From the NCBI GenBank assembly GCA_965262115.1, contig OZ253496.1, positions 2,080,001-2,144,000 on the forward strand: DNA of 64,000 bases. Direction: 5' to 3'. Shown here piece after piece: positions 1 to 9,957 of the stretch; within the stretch, counting starts at the first letter, position 1; every line of letters starts with the position of its first letter. The DNA is from Nitrospinales bacterium (GTDB taxonomy: Bacteria; Nitrospinota; Nitrospinia; Nitrospinales; VA-1). Under the pieces are notes generated by a model. It had not been told where the DNA came from. It made no database searches and worked only from the letters and a program-made list of their open reading frames with translations. The position numbers were made by a program, and so were the translations under genes.

Positions 1-984
1 CTTATCGATTCCAATGATTTTGAAACGGGATCGGGAAAGATCGAGCAGACAAATGTTCTGGAATCTTATATGGAGAATATTTGCTCCATCATAAAGATAC
101 CCAGAAAAGTGAAAGTTGTGGTCGATGGTGGAAACGGGTGCTTCGGCATTGTCGGTCCGCAACTCTTACGAAAACTTGGACTGGAACCCATAGAAATTTT
201 TTGTGAACCGGATGGAACCTTTCCCAACCATCACCCCGACCCCACTGTGGAAGAAAACCTGAAAGGGTTGATGGAAAAAGTCCGCACCGAAAATGCGGAA
301 CTGGGTATCGGGTTTGACGGAGATGCCGACCGCATCGGCCTGGTCGATGATAAAGGCAATATTCTTTGGGGAGACCAACTGCTGACCATTTTTGCACGGG
401 ACATTTTATCGAGAAACCCCGGTGCCACCATTGTGGGCGAAGTCAAATGTTCCCAGAATCTATATCAGGATATTGAAAAACACGGCGGGGTTCCGGTCAT
501 GGCACCAGCAGGACATTCCCTGATCAAAAAGAAAATGAATGAAACCGGTGCGCTTCTGGCCGGAGAAATGAGCGGCCATGTTTGTTTCGCTGACAATTAT
601 TTCGGATTCGATGACGCAGTGTTTGCCGCTGGCCGCATATTACAAATTGTGGCGCAATCCAGCATGAAGGTTTCTGAAATGCTCGCCGACCTTCCCAAAA
701 CAGCCTGCACGCCGGAAATTCGCATCGACTGCCCCGATGACAGGAAGTTTGAAATCGTCCGCGAGTTGACAGAAATTTTCAGGAACCAATATGAAGTCAT
801 TGACATTGATGGAGTGCGGGTCAACTTTGGCGATGGCTGGGCTTTGATTCGTGCCTCCAACACCCAGCCGGTACTGGTGTTGAGGTTTGAGGCTGAAACC
901 CAGGACCGCCTTCAAGAACTGGTCGGCATCATAAAAAAACAAATGGATAAATACCAACCCGTTGTCCAGTTTTATTACTGCTAG
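1..984 (+). CDS. Phosphomannomutase/phosphoglucomutase (5' end outside window)
   Basis: Frame open from base 1; motifs FPNHHPDP, FDGDADR (metal loop), GEMSGH, RASNTQP of the AlgC/ManB family. Confidence 0.93.
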   Translation, partial: LIDSNDFETGSGKIEQTNVLESYMENICSIIKIPRKVKVVVDGGNGCFGIVGPQLLRKLGLEPIEIFCEPDGTFPNHHPDPTVEENLKGLMEKVRTENAELGIGFDGDADRIGLVDDKGNILWGDQLLTIFARDILSRNPGATIVGEVKCSQNLYQDIEKHGGVPVMAPAGHSLIKKKMNETGALLAGEMSGHVCFADNYFGFDDAVFAAGRILQIVAQSSMKVSEMLADLPKTACTPEIRIDCPDDRKFEIVRELTEIFRNQYEVIDIDGVRVNFGDGWALIRASNTQPVLVLRFEAETQDRLQELVGIIKKQMDKYQPVVQFYYC

Positions 985-1145
985 CCGCAGGGGCAACTGG
1001 GCAAGGGCTGGTCATCCGAAAAAAACGGCTGCTCACCAACTACGGCTGATTTATGCAAACCCCCTCTATCCCCATCAGGGGGAGTTATTAAAGTATTGCG
1101 CTTGAGTGTTCAGTCCGCTTTGCGGTTAATGCAGTGCTGGCAGCA

Positions 1146-1185
1146 TGTGATATCTCCTTCACTTGTTTCATGCCCCGAAGGGGTA
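1146..1185 (-). repeat. 39-nt hairpin element (family C), intact copy
   Basis: Reverse complement begins TACCCCTTCGGGGCATGAA and ends ATATCACA; 1171..1185 is an exact empty copy of the IS110 target. Confidence 0.8.
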
Positions 1186-1196
1186 CGCCTGGTGGG

Positions 1197-2027
1197 TTAT
1201 TTTATTATCATTCCTGCGTAACCCACGACCTGCTCCATATCCCCACTGACTTCCCCCGAAGTCTTATACTTGACCAACTCGGCCTCTTTGGCCCCCAGGA
1301 TTTCCGAACATAACAACATGACGGTGACCGGATTGACCCCGCACATGGTGATCTTTTCTGACTGCACCGTTTCAAACAAACCAACCGGGTCGCGATTTTT
1401 GATGCACGTGATAGCTAAACGGTCTTTGGTCCCGGCCCTGTCATGCGATTCATAATGCGTCATGTCCGAGCTGGCAACCAATAACACCGACTTCCCCAGC
1501 CGGTTCACCGCCCGCACAATGCCCTCGCTGAGTGCTTTACAGGCTGAAACTTTCATCCTCATGAGACAAATCGGAACGATTTTAAATTCCTTTTTAAAAT
1601 ACTGCAGAAACGGTAACTGAGTCTCCAGGGAATGCTCGAACCTGTGCGCGGAAGAATCCTGTTTCGCCATGACCGTTTCTTCGCATATGGCGTTTGCCAG
1701 TTCCCGGTCGATGGCAATATCACCCATCGGCATGGACCAGATTCCTTTCGTCATGACCGCCACCGCCTCGCCCTGGCCGGTGTGATTGGGACCGATTAAG
1801 ATAACCGTGTCCGGAATTTCAATTCTCGAATACACCGCCCCCGCCACATCCCCGGAATACTTGAACCCGGCATGCGGCACGACAATGCCCAGGACCGGAC
1901 TCTTCTCCACATTTTGCTCGATATGTGCTTCCACTTCTCGAACCAAAGCCTCACGCTGGGCGGGATAAAACCTGCCGGCCACCTCTGGCTGGCGTTTTTC
2001 ATGGCTCTCTTTTTCCGAAAATATCAT
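1197..2027 (-). CDS. MEMO1-family protein (AmmeMemoRadiSam system protein B)
   Basis: VAGRFYP, PHAG..YSG, GPNHTG, EHSLE.QLPFLQ, SSDMTHY, TMCG, VVGYAG motifs. Confidence 0.9.
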   Translation of the reverse strand: MIFSEKESHEKRQPEVAGRFYPAQREALVREVEAHIEQNVEKSPVLGIVVPHAGFKYSGDVAGAVYSRIEIPDTVILIGPNHTGQGEAVAVMTKGIWSMPMGDIAIDRELANAICEETVMAKQDSSAHRFEHSLETQLPFLQYFKKEFKIVPICLMRMKVSACKALSEGIVRAVNRLGKSVLLVASSDMTHYESHDRAGTKDRLAITCIKNRDPVGLFETVQSEKITMCGVNPVTVMLLCSEILGAKEAELVKYKTSGEVSGDMEQVVGYAGMIIK

Positions 2028-2773
2028 TGCCGAATCTCTCCGGTCATCGGCACAAACACCACACCGGTGATGAACCGCTTTCTCAGGCTTCCGTCTTCCT
2101 GCTTGGTCAACACTATCAGATTCTGTGGCGATCCTGTTTTTCCCAGAGGAAGCACCATCCTGCCGCCAACTTTCAACTGGTCAATCAGAGGTCGGGGTAT
2201 TTTGGGTGCCGCCGCGGTGATGAGAATTGCATCAAAAGGGGACTTTTCCGGCCACCCCCGGTAACCGTCGCCGTGCCTGACGGTCACATTGTTATAGCCT
2301 AGCTCTTTAAGCCTACTGTCTGCGGTGCGGGCAAGTGACTCGACAATCTCGATGGTATAGACCTGATTCACGATTTCCGCCAGCACCGCCGCCTGATAAG
2401 CCGAGCCAGTGCCGATTTCCAAAACGCGGTCATCGCCCTTCAACATTGCACTCTGAGTCATCAGCGCAACAATATAAGGCTGCGAAATTGTCTGGTTTTC
2501 TTTTATGGGAAGAGCAAAATCGGAATAAGCCCGGCTTAAAAAACTGGGCTCAACAAACAAGTGACGGGGTACCTTTAGCAGGGCCTGTAAAACAGCCGCA
2601 TCGCGGATGCCGCGACGCTTGATCTGATCTTCGACCATCTCTTTTCGAGCAGACTCAAAGTCTACAGAAAAGACGGGCCTAGACATGAAGAATGTCGAAC
2701 AGATGACCGTAACCAGGGCAGGGAAAAATGCCTTAAAAAATGAGCCCGTTTTTCTTGAGCCAATCATTGGCAT
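2024..2773 (-). CDS. pcm: Protein-L-isoaspartate O-methyltransferase
   Basis: VPRHLFV, QTISQPYIVA, VLEIGTGSAYQAA, GDGYRGWPEKSPFD; start moved to ATG 2773 (or 2767) to avoid long overlap with upstream gene. Confidence 0.9.
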   Translation of the reverse strand: MPMIGSRKTGSFFKAFFPALVTVICSTFFMSRPVFSVDFESARKEMVEDQIKRRGIRDAAVLQALLKVPRHLFVEPSFLSRAYSDFALPIKENQTISQPYIVALMTQSAMLKGDDRVLEIGTGSAYQAAVLAEIVNQVYTIEIVESLARTADSRLKELGYNNVTVRHGDGYRGWPEKSPFDAILITAAAPKIPRPLIDQLKVGGRMVLPLGKTGSPQNLIVLTKQEDGSLRKRFITGVVFVPMTGEIRQ

Positions 2774-3104
2774 CAAACTTTTTGTTGGCAAACTCCTGGA
2801 ATTCGATTTCTTTTTTAGAAAGTTCCTGTCCATCGATGAACTGCGGCTTTTGCGAAGACTTCTTACTCTTGCGCTTCTTTGGCGCGGGCCGCTCCTCCGT
2901 AAGTTCCTCTTCAACTTCCAATTCCAGCGAGTCGGTCAACACTTCCATCTTAAGGACCAACACCATAAAACTCTTGGGGCAGATATTGTCATCTTTCTGA
3001 ATTTCAGAAACGATCTTTTTAACTTTGGGTGATGTCATGACCGCTTCGGTGATTGCCTTGGACAATTTTTCAAAACTTCGCTCACTCCCATCGGAATCAC
3101 TCAC
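2733..3104 (-). CDS. Hypothetical protein (123 aa)
   Basis: Protein-like composition, GGGGA RBS upstream, co-oriented with and abutting pcm; no family recognised. Confidence 0.7.
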   Translation of the reverse strand: MSDSDGSERSFEKLSKAITEAVMTSPKVKKIVSEIQKDDNICPKSFMVLVLKMEVLTDSLELEVEEELTEERPAPKKRKSKKSSQKPQFIDGQELSKKEIEFQEFANKKFDANDWLKKNGLIF

Positions 3105-3279
3105 AAAATCCCCCTTTCAGTTTCCTGATAAAAAATTTTCGACCAAAAAGAATACTTCGTTTCTTCTATTCAACCTTAAACCTCTCCCACCACCTTGTCA
3201 AGCCGGGATGCCGCGGGGGCAAAATGCAATAGGCCCCTCAGCTTTCAAATAGCCCTTGGCGGCTGAAAAAAACTTCTGC

Positions 3280-4434
3280 TCAATACAGAGGCACTGAAGA
3301 GTCAACTTTCTCCGACCACTCGTTGATGCCACCCCGCATACTTTTGAGGTTGCGGAATCCCATTTCCTCCAATGCTTTCAGTGCTTTCATCGAGCGCACT
3401 CCGGCCTTGCAGTGAAGCACAATCTCGTCATCCGGATTCAACCCATTCAACCGGGCAGGATCTTTGGCCTCAATATCGCCCAGTGGAATCAAGGTCGCCC
3501 CTTCAATTTTGCAAATGTCGTATTCGGACGGTTCCCGAACATCGATCAGCTTGAAGGCGTGCTTCTTGTCCAACATTTGTTTGATCTGCTCCACAGCAAT
3601 TTCCTTTTCCAGGTCGGCGGCGGACTCTTCAACTGGCAGAATGCCACAAAACTGCTCATAGTCGATCAACTCTGTTATGGTCGGGTTGTCGCCGCAAATG
3701 GGACAGGATGGATCCTTACGCAATTTCATTTCCTTGAACTTCATCGACAAGGCATCAAACAGCAAAAGTCGTCCTACCAGTGATTCGCCTATACCCAGCA
3801 CCAGCTTGATCACCTCGTTAGCCTGAAGCAACCCAACAATGCCAGGCAGAATTCCGAGCACCCCACCCTCGGCGCAACTGGGAACCAGTCCGGGTGGAGG
3901 CGGTTCCGGATACAAACAACGGTAGCACGGTCCCACTCGGGAATCGAACACCGAAGCCTGACCTTCGAAGCGTAGGATGCTTCCATATATATAAGGTTTC
4001 TGCAACAACACGCAGGCATCGCTGGCCAGATAACGGGTGGGGAAGTTGTCCGTGCCATCGACGATGATGTCGTAGTCGGCAAAAATATCCATCACGTTTT
4101 CTGAAGACAAGCGCGTGTTATAGGTAGTGACATTGATGCTGGAATTAAGATCGGCAATACGGTCTTTGGCCGAATCGACTTTCAGTTTTCCAATGGTAGA
4201 TTCTCCATGCGCCACCTGCCTTTGCAGGTTACTAAAATCGACCACGTCAAAATCGATCAGGCCCAGGTTTCCCACCCCTGCCGCCGCAAGATACAAAGCC
4301 AGCGGTGAACCCAGCCCGCCGGTGCCAATCAAAAGCACCTTGGAATTACAGATTTTTTCTTGTCCCTCAACCCCCACCTCCGGCAAAAGCAGGTGCCGAC
4401 TATAACGGTTGATCTGATCCTGTGTCAAAGCCAT
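3280..4434 (-). CDS. moeB: MoeB/MoeZ ThiF-family adenylyltransferase with C-terminal rhodanese domain
   Basis: RYSRH, GTGGLG, SNLQRQ, DGTDNF, PCYRC, CPICG, rhodanese DVREP..HCKAGVRS. Confidence 0.93.
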   Translation of the reverse strand: MALTQDQINRYSRHLLLPEVGVEGQEKICNSKVLLIGTGGLGSPLALYLAAAGVGNLGLIDFDVVDFSNLQRQVAHGESTIGKLKVDSAKDRIADLNSSINVTTYNTRLSSENVMDIFADYDIIVDGTDNFPTRYLASDACVLLQKPYIYGSILRFEGQASVFDSRVGPCYRCLYPEPPPPGLVPSCAEGGVLGILPGIVGLLQANEVIKLVLGIGESLVGRLLLFDALSMKFKEMKLRKDPSCPICGDNPTITELIDYEQFCGILPVEESAADLEKEIAVEQIKQMLDKKHAFKLIDVREPSEYDICKIEGATLIPLGDIEAKDPARLNGLNPDDEIVLHCKAGVRSMKALKALEEMGFRNLKSMRGGINEWSEKVDSSVPLY

Positions 4435-4616
4435 AACGTAAATCCTTTAAAAAACAATCTCTATTTTTCCTTGATATTGATTAGATTCAATTCTACCAGA
4501 AAAGATTCTCCAATCAACCGGGCCCACTAGCGTGGGAAGCAAAGGGCGCAACTCTTTCTGGCGAACGAAAATTATCTCGGCTTTAGGGGCCATTGCCCAG
4601 TTGCCCCCTCGCCAGA

Positions 4617-4744
4617 GAGACCTTTGCATAAGTCGAAAAATCGAAGAATCGAGATGCTTCGACAAGCTCAGCATGACAATATTGGGCCATTTTGTCATTC
4701 TGAGGAACAAGGTGACGAAGAATCTCGGGTTATGCAAAGCTCTC
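4617..4744. mobile_element. MITE family B copy (128 bp)
   Basis: TIRs GAGACCTTTGCATAA / TTATGCAAAGCTCTC; exact 9-bp TSD CTCGCCAGA (4608..4616, 4745..4753). Confidence 0.9.
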
Positions 4745-4759
4745 CTCGCCAGAGGGCGG

Positions 4760-5935
4760 CTATGCCGAGAATGCCTGTTCGAATCCGGCGATGGAACCTT
4801 CGATGACCGAATCGGGCAGGCAATAGGAAATACGGAAATACCCCGGCAGGCCAAATCCTCTGCCTGGCACCACCAGCACCTTTTGTTCAGCCAGCTTTTT
4901 AACGAACTCCACCTCATCTTCCAGCGGGGATTTCGGGAAAAAATAAAATGCCCCTTGCGGTTTCACCACCTGATAGCCAATTCGGGTCAGCTCCTTATAT
5001 AAGTAATCGCGTTTTCGGCGATATTGTTCCACATCCACCGTCACTCCCTGCACCTGTTTCACCACGCGCTGGATGAGCGCCGGAGCGTTGACGAATCCCA
5101 ACACCCGGTTGCAGAAGATCAGTCCTGCCATGAGCTCTCCGGCGGACTCACATTGTGGATGCACCACCACAAAACCAATACGCTCGCCGGGCAGCGCGAT
5201 GTCCTTCGAATGGGAAGTGATATAAATACTGTTTTCGTAAAACTCCATGATGTTTGGCGCTTCGACCCCATCAAAGGTGATCTTTTTATACGGGTCGTCC
5301 GAGATCAGATAAACGGCCTTGCTAGGCCTGTCCGAATGCGCTTTTAAAATGTTTGCCAACTCCTGCAACTCTTCACGCGAATAAACCACCCCGGTCGGGT
5401 TGTTTGGGGAGTTGATGATGACGGCTTTAGTTCTTTCGTTGAGCGCATTTTTTAAAGCCGGGAAATCGAGGTGGAAATCTTCCAAGGTCGGAACCGCCAC
5501 CGCCTTGCCGCCGTGGTTGTCAGCATAAAATAGGTACTCAACAAAGTAAGGCGTGAAGATGATGACCTCATCATCCGGATCGAGCAGAGTCTTTAAAGTG
5601 ATGTTGAGTCCGCCCGCCGCGCCACACACCATGACCAAATCATTATCTGAGAGTTCCACCTTACATTCGGAGGACAGAGACCCGGCAATCGCCGCGCGCA
5701 CATCAGCAAATCCGGCATTTGGCATATAGCGGTGCAAGCCGGGAGTCTCATCCTGCGCGCTTTCAACCAGCGCTTTGCGGACTTCCTGCGGCGGTTCCAT
5801 CACCGGGTTGCCCAAGGAAAGGTCGAACACGTTATCCTCACCGAATTCCTTTTTCAGCCGGATGCCTTCCTCAAACATTTTACGAATCCAGGAAGACTTC
5901 TCCATGAACCCTATAACTTTTTGCGATATCGCCAT
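4760..5935 (-). CDS. PLP-dependent class I aminotransferase (aspartate aminotransferase-like)
   Basis: SLGNP, NSPNNPTG, SDDPY, SHSKDIALPGERIG (PLP lysine), FRISYC. Confidence 0.9.
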   Translation of the reverse strand: MAISQKVIGFMEKSSWIRKMFEEGIRLKKEFGEDNVFDLSLGNPVMEPPQEVRKALVESAQDETPGLHRYMPNAGFADVRAAIAGSLSSECKVELSDNDLVMVCGAAGGLNITLKTLLDPDDEVIIFTPYFVEYLFYADNHGGKAVAVPTLEDFHLDFPALKNALNERTKAVIINSPNNPTGVVYSREELQELANILKAHSDRPSKAVYLISDDPYKKITFDGVEAPNIMEFYENSIYITSHSKDIALPGERIGFVVVHPQCESAGELMAGLIFCNRVLGFVNAPALIQRVVKQVQGVTVDVEQYRRKRDYLYKELTRIGYQVVKPQGAFYFFPKSPLEDEVEFVKKLAEQKVLVVPGRGFGLPGYFRISYCLPDSVIEGSIAGFEQAFSA

Positions 5936-6035
5936 AAAAAAACTCCACTATAAAAATTTCATGCAAGGTGGCACCCTACACTCTGTTGGATTTTCAAGCC
6001 CATCCATAGCATATTCCCCAGGCAGGATCAACGGC

Positions 6036-6134
6036 CCACTCGGCGTGGGGCCAATGTGCTTTCACCTCCTAAGCCGCCAACACGGTTTGAGCGCAAGATA
6101 AAGGAATGGCTCATTGCCTGCGGAGGCTCTCCGC
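6036..6134 (+). repeat. Family A palindromic intergenic repeat unit (99 bp)
   Basis: Starts CCACTCGGCGTGGGGCCA, ends with hairpin GCGGAGGCTCTCCGC, same ends and length as units at 9435 and 9533. Confidence 0.8.
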
Positions 6135-6177
6135 GTTATATTGAGACCGAATAATTTTGCTAATATCCTTTTTCTCT

Positions 6178-6861
6178 ATGACCACTCCAATCATTCAATT
6201 TATAGATGTCTGCAAGTCCTACCAGAGCGGGTCGCAACTGGTGACCGCACTGGAGGCGGTGAATCTGAGCCTCGATGCCGGAGACTTCGTCACCATCATG
6301 GGGCCCAGCGGAGGAGGAAAAACCACCTTGCTCAACCTGCTTGCCGGACTCGACCTACCCGACAAAGGACAAATCATCCTCAACGGCCGCAAGGTGTCCG
6401 ACTTTTCTGATCATGAACTGACTCTGTTACGACGAAAAGAGATAGGTTTTGTATTCCAGTTTTTCAACCTCATGCCCACCCTCACGGTGATGGAGAATGT
6501 AGAACTGCCGCTTCTGCTGGCGCATTCATCCCGAACCGATGGTGAACGCATTAAAACCCTGCTCGACTATGTCGGACTCTGGCACCGGGCCGACTCTTTT
6601 CCTGCTGAGCTTTCGGGAGGGGAAATGCAACGCGTCGCCATCGCTCGCGCCCTGGTGCACCAACCCGTTATTTTGCTTGCCGACGAACCCACCGGCAACC
6701 TCGACTCGGAAAACGGATTGAAAATTATCGATCTTATGAGACAGGCCTCGTCCGATTTTAAAACGACGGTGGTCATGGCCACCCACAACCCGCAGGTCGC
6801 GGCCTTCGGCAACCGCCATTTCGAAATTCGCGACGGCAAACTGACCGATAAAATACTGTGA
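6178..6861 (+). CDS. ABC transporter ATP-binding protein (LolD/MacB type)
   Basis: Walker A GPSGGGKT, GFVFQFFNL, LSGGEMQRVAIARAL, LADEPTGNLD. Confidence 0.93.
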   Translation: MTTPIIQFIDVCKSYQSGSQLVTALEAVNLSLDAGDFVTIMGPSGGGKTTLLNLLAGLDLPDKGQIILNGRKVSDFSDHELTLLRRKEIGFVFQFFNLMPTLTVMENVELPLLLAHSSRTDGERIKTLLDYVGLWHRADSFPAELSGGEMQRVAIARALVHQPVILLADEPTGNLDSENGLKIIDLMRQASSDFKTTVVMATHNPQVAAFGNRHFEIRDGKLTDKIL

Positions 6862-9434
6862 GCTTTCTGCTTTATTTTAAAGACCTGTTCACCGCGCTCA
6901 TCCTGCGTCCCTTATTGCGCGACCCATTTCGTACCGCCATCACCATCCTTGGCGTGGCAGTCGGGGTCGCCGTGTTTCTCAGCATTCGTCTCGCCAACCA
7001 GCAAACCATGATGTCGTTCACCGAAAGCGTGAACCTGGTATTAGGTAGAGCCGATGCAGTCATCCGGGTTGAGGGTATGGACTTTAATGAATCGGTCTTC
7101 GAAAAGCTCCACGCTCTCCGTAAGGAGATCAAGGCCTACCCGGTGATTGAGGGATATGGCGTCGAGTCCACCAGCGACGAGGTGGTAGAAATTATAGGCA
7201 CCGACTTATTACAAGATAGTGGCATCCGCGACTTTTCCATCAAAACCGTGGAAGAAGGTCTGAAAGGATTAATTCCACTCATTACCGATCCGGCTGGAAT
7301 CATTCTTCCGGAAAAATTCGTGCCGGGCACCCGTTTTGCCCCCGGCGACACCATTGAGTTCCTGATAAAAGGAAAAATAAAAACTCTCAACGTCAACGCG
7401 ATATTGGAAGACGAGGGAATCGCCAAAGTCTTGAACGGCAATTTCGCCCTGATGGATATCGCGGCGGCGCAAAACGTATTTGACAAAGTGGGCCGACTGG
7501 ACCGCATCGACATTCAGTTTCTAAACTCCGCTGACTTCGAATCCATGCAGGAAAAAATAGCCTCCCTGCTTCCCGGAAACATGAAGGTCGAACGCCCACA
7601 ACGCAAGAACCGTCAGGTCGGGAAAATGTTGCAGGCGTTTCAATATAACCTGACCGCCTTGAGTTTCGTGGCCCTGCTGGTCGCCCTTTACCTGATCTAT
7701 AACATGATCGCTCTTTCGGTGGTGCGGCGAAGGGTAGAAATCGGCACACTGCGCGCGATAGGCGCCACCCCTACTTTGATCGCCCTGATTTTTTTTCTGG
7801 AGGCCGGGATCATCGGCGCGGTCGGCTCTTTGCTCGGAATCGGGTTGGGTTATTATTTCGCGCAGTTTTCTCTTGATGCTGTTTCACTCACCGTCAACAA
7901 CCTTTACGCGCCGAGTTATGTCACGGAAGTGGATTTCCAATGGAGCCAGATGGGCCCCTATTTCATTTTAGGTGTTGCACTTAGTTTTATATCTGCCCTC
8001 ATCCCCGCCTGGGATGCGGCCACCACCCCGCCCACCTCGGTCATGCGTCGAGGCAGTTATGACCTGAAACTGTTTCGCGGAAGCCGTGGGCTGAACCTGA
8101 CCGCCCTGATGGTAGTTCTGCTTGCTGCACTTTGTGCGCAACTGCCGCCAATCAACCACTTCCCTTATTTCGGATTCTTTTCGGTATTTTTAATCATTCT
8201 CGGCCTTTCCTTATTGTCTCCAGCGGTTTTGCTGTGGACCCGTGACCGACTGCATTTCTTTTGCAAAAAACACTTTGGCGGAGAAGGCCTGCTCGCCTGC
8301 ATGAACCTGTCGCAAAATGTAGGACGCAACGCCCTTGCGGTTTCGTCGCTGGCCATCGCTTTCATGATGGTCATCAGCATGTCGATCATGGTGCACAGCT
8401 TCCGCCAGACCGTGATCGTCTGGATCGACCAGACATTGCGGGCCGACCTGTTTGTACGCGTAGCCGGGGGACGTGATATCGATTACCAGCATACCCTTCC
8501 CTCCGAATCGGTGGAGAAACTGAAATCCTTAAAAGGCATTGCCGCGGTCGATCAGTTCCGCGCCCTCGACATCACTTATAACGATCTTCCGGTAGTGCTG
8601 GCCACCGGTGATTTTTCCGTGCTGTCCCAGTACGGCAATCTGATAATCAAGTCCGGTCCTCCCGCCCGGGAACTCGACCGCGTCATGGTCGGCCAGAATC
8701 GGGCCATGGTTTCCGAAGCGTTTTCTCTCAAGCACAAGAAGAATGTCGGAGATAGTATAGAGTTGCAGACACCCAGCGGTCCGGCCCGGATGGAAATCGC
8801 CGCCATCTATTTCGATTATTCCCGCGAACGCGGTTACATCATCCTCGACCGCACCACGTTTTTAAACTATTACAAGGAAACTGAGATCAACAGCTTTGTT
8901 ATTTACCTTGAAGATAAAACCCGGCTAGAGTCCGTACGGAAAGAAGTCCTTAAAACTTTAAAAGATCATCGGCTCATCATCCGTTCCAATTCCGAATTGA
9001 AACATCAGGTGCTCGAAGTGTTCGATAAAACTTTCGCCATCACTTACTCGCTGGAAATCATTGCCATACTGGTGGCAGTGCTGGGCCTATTCAACACCCT
9101 GGTTTCACTGATTCTAGAACGCAAACGGGAAATAGGAATCCTCAGGTTCCTCGGCGCGTTCACAGGACAAGTCAAGCGTATGGTGTTGATCGAAGCAGGA
9201 ATACTGGGACTGATCGGCTCAGTAATGGGTTTTGTCGCGGGCGTGGTTGTTTCCTATATCCTGATCTTCGTGATCAACAAACAATCTTTCGGCTGGACCA
9301 TTCAGGTGCATTTCCCCATCCTGTTCATTCTGGTCATGATAACCACGTTCTGGGGAATTTCTTTACTGTCCGGACTTTACCCGGCAAGGCTGGCAGAAAA
9401 ACTCAATCCCAAAGAAGCCGTGCGAGTCGAATAA
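6858..9434 (+). CDS. ABC transporter permease with two FtsX/MacB-type repeats
   Basis: Two RR.EIG.LR..GA motifs, multiple TM segments, overlaps ATPase stop (GTGA). Confidence 0.9.
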   Translation: MSFLLYFKDLFTALILRPLLRDPFRTAITILGVAVGVAVFLSIRLANQQTMMSFTESVNLVLGRADAVIRVEGMDFNESVFEKLHALRKEIKAYPVIEGYGVESTSDEVVEIIGTDLLQDSGIRDFSIKTVEEGLKGLIPLITDPAGIILPEKFVPGTRFAPGDTIEFLIKGKIKTLNVNAILEDEGIAKVLNGNFALMDIAAAQNVFDKVGRLDRIDIQFLNSADFESMQEKIASLLPGNMKVERPQRKNRQVGKMLQAFQYNLTALSFVALLVALYLIYNMIALSVVRRRVEIGTLRAIGATPTLIALIFFLEAGIIGAVGSLLGIGLGYYFAQFSLDAVSLTVNNLYAPSYVTEVDFQWSQMGPYFILGVALSFISALIPAWDAATTPPTSVMRRGSYDLKLFRGSRGLNLTALMVVLLAALCAQLPPINHFPYFGFFSVFLIILGLSLLSPAVLLWTRDRLHFFCKKHFGGEGLLACMNLSQNVGRNALAVSSLAIAFMMVISMSIMVHSFRQTVIVWIDQTLRADLFVRVAGGRDIDYQHTLPSESVEKLKSLKGIAAVDQFRALDITYNDLPVVLATGDFSVLSQYGNLIIKSGPPARELDRVMVGQNRAMVSEAFSLKHKKNVGDSIELQTPSGPARMEIAAIYFDYSRERGYIILDRTTFLNYYKETEINSFVIYLEDKTRLESVRKEVLKTLKDHRLIIRSNSELKHQVLEVFDKTFAITYSLEIIAILVAVLGLFNTLVSLILERKREIGILRFLGAFTGQVKRMVLIEAGILGLIGSVMGFVAGVVVSYILIFVINKQSFGWTIQVHFPILFILVMITTFWGISLLSGLYPARLAEKLNPKEAVRVE

Positions 9435-9723
9435 CCACTCGGCGTGGGGCCAACGAGCAAACATTCTATAGCTACCCACACTTTCAGAGCGCATTTAACC
9501 GCTATTACCAGTTACCTGCGGAGGTTCTCCGCCCACTCGGCGTGGGGCCAACGAGCAAACATTCTATAGCTACCCACACTTTCAGAGCGCATTTAACCGC
9601 TATTGCCAGTTACCTGCGGAGGTTCTCCGCCCACTCGGCGTGGGGCCAGCGTGCAATCGCTTTTTCTGGCAGGCAAACGTGTTCTAGGCTCAACAAGCTA
9701 TTGTTAATTGCCTCCACGGCAAG
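9435..9723 (+). repeat. Tandem family A units: two 98-bp copies (one mismatch) plus a third divergent unit
   Basis: CCACTCGGCGTGGGGCCA at 9435, 9533, 9631; units 1 and 2 differ only at 9507/9605. Confidence 0.9.
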
Positions 9724-9852
9724 GAGAGCTTTGCATAACCCGAGATTCTTCATCGCGTACGCTCTTCAGAATGACAAAATGGCCCAGTATTGTCATGCTG
9801 AGCTTGTCGAAGCATCTCGATTCTTCGATTTTTTGACTTACGCAAAGGTCTC
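9724..9852. mobile_element. MITE family B copy (129 bp)
   Basis: TIRs GAGAGCTTTGCATAA / TTACGCAAAGGTCTC; exact 9-bp TSD CACGGCAAG (9715..9723, 9853..9861). Confidence 0.9.
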
Positions 9853-9957
9853 CACGGCAAGTGGCCAGCGTGACGCTGGACCCGGTGAGCAATGTCTTTA
9901 TTTTGCCGTCAATCGGACTCTTGGCTCTATGGTCTATTGCCAACTGGCCCCACGCCG

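Noticed and set aside
9435..9648. Three 18-bp repeats at 98-bp spacing as a second CRISPR array
   Set aside because: The intervening sequences are near-identical rather than unique, the repeat is dispersed across the window, and no cas genes are adjacent.
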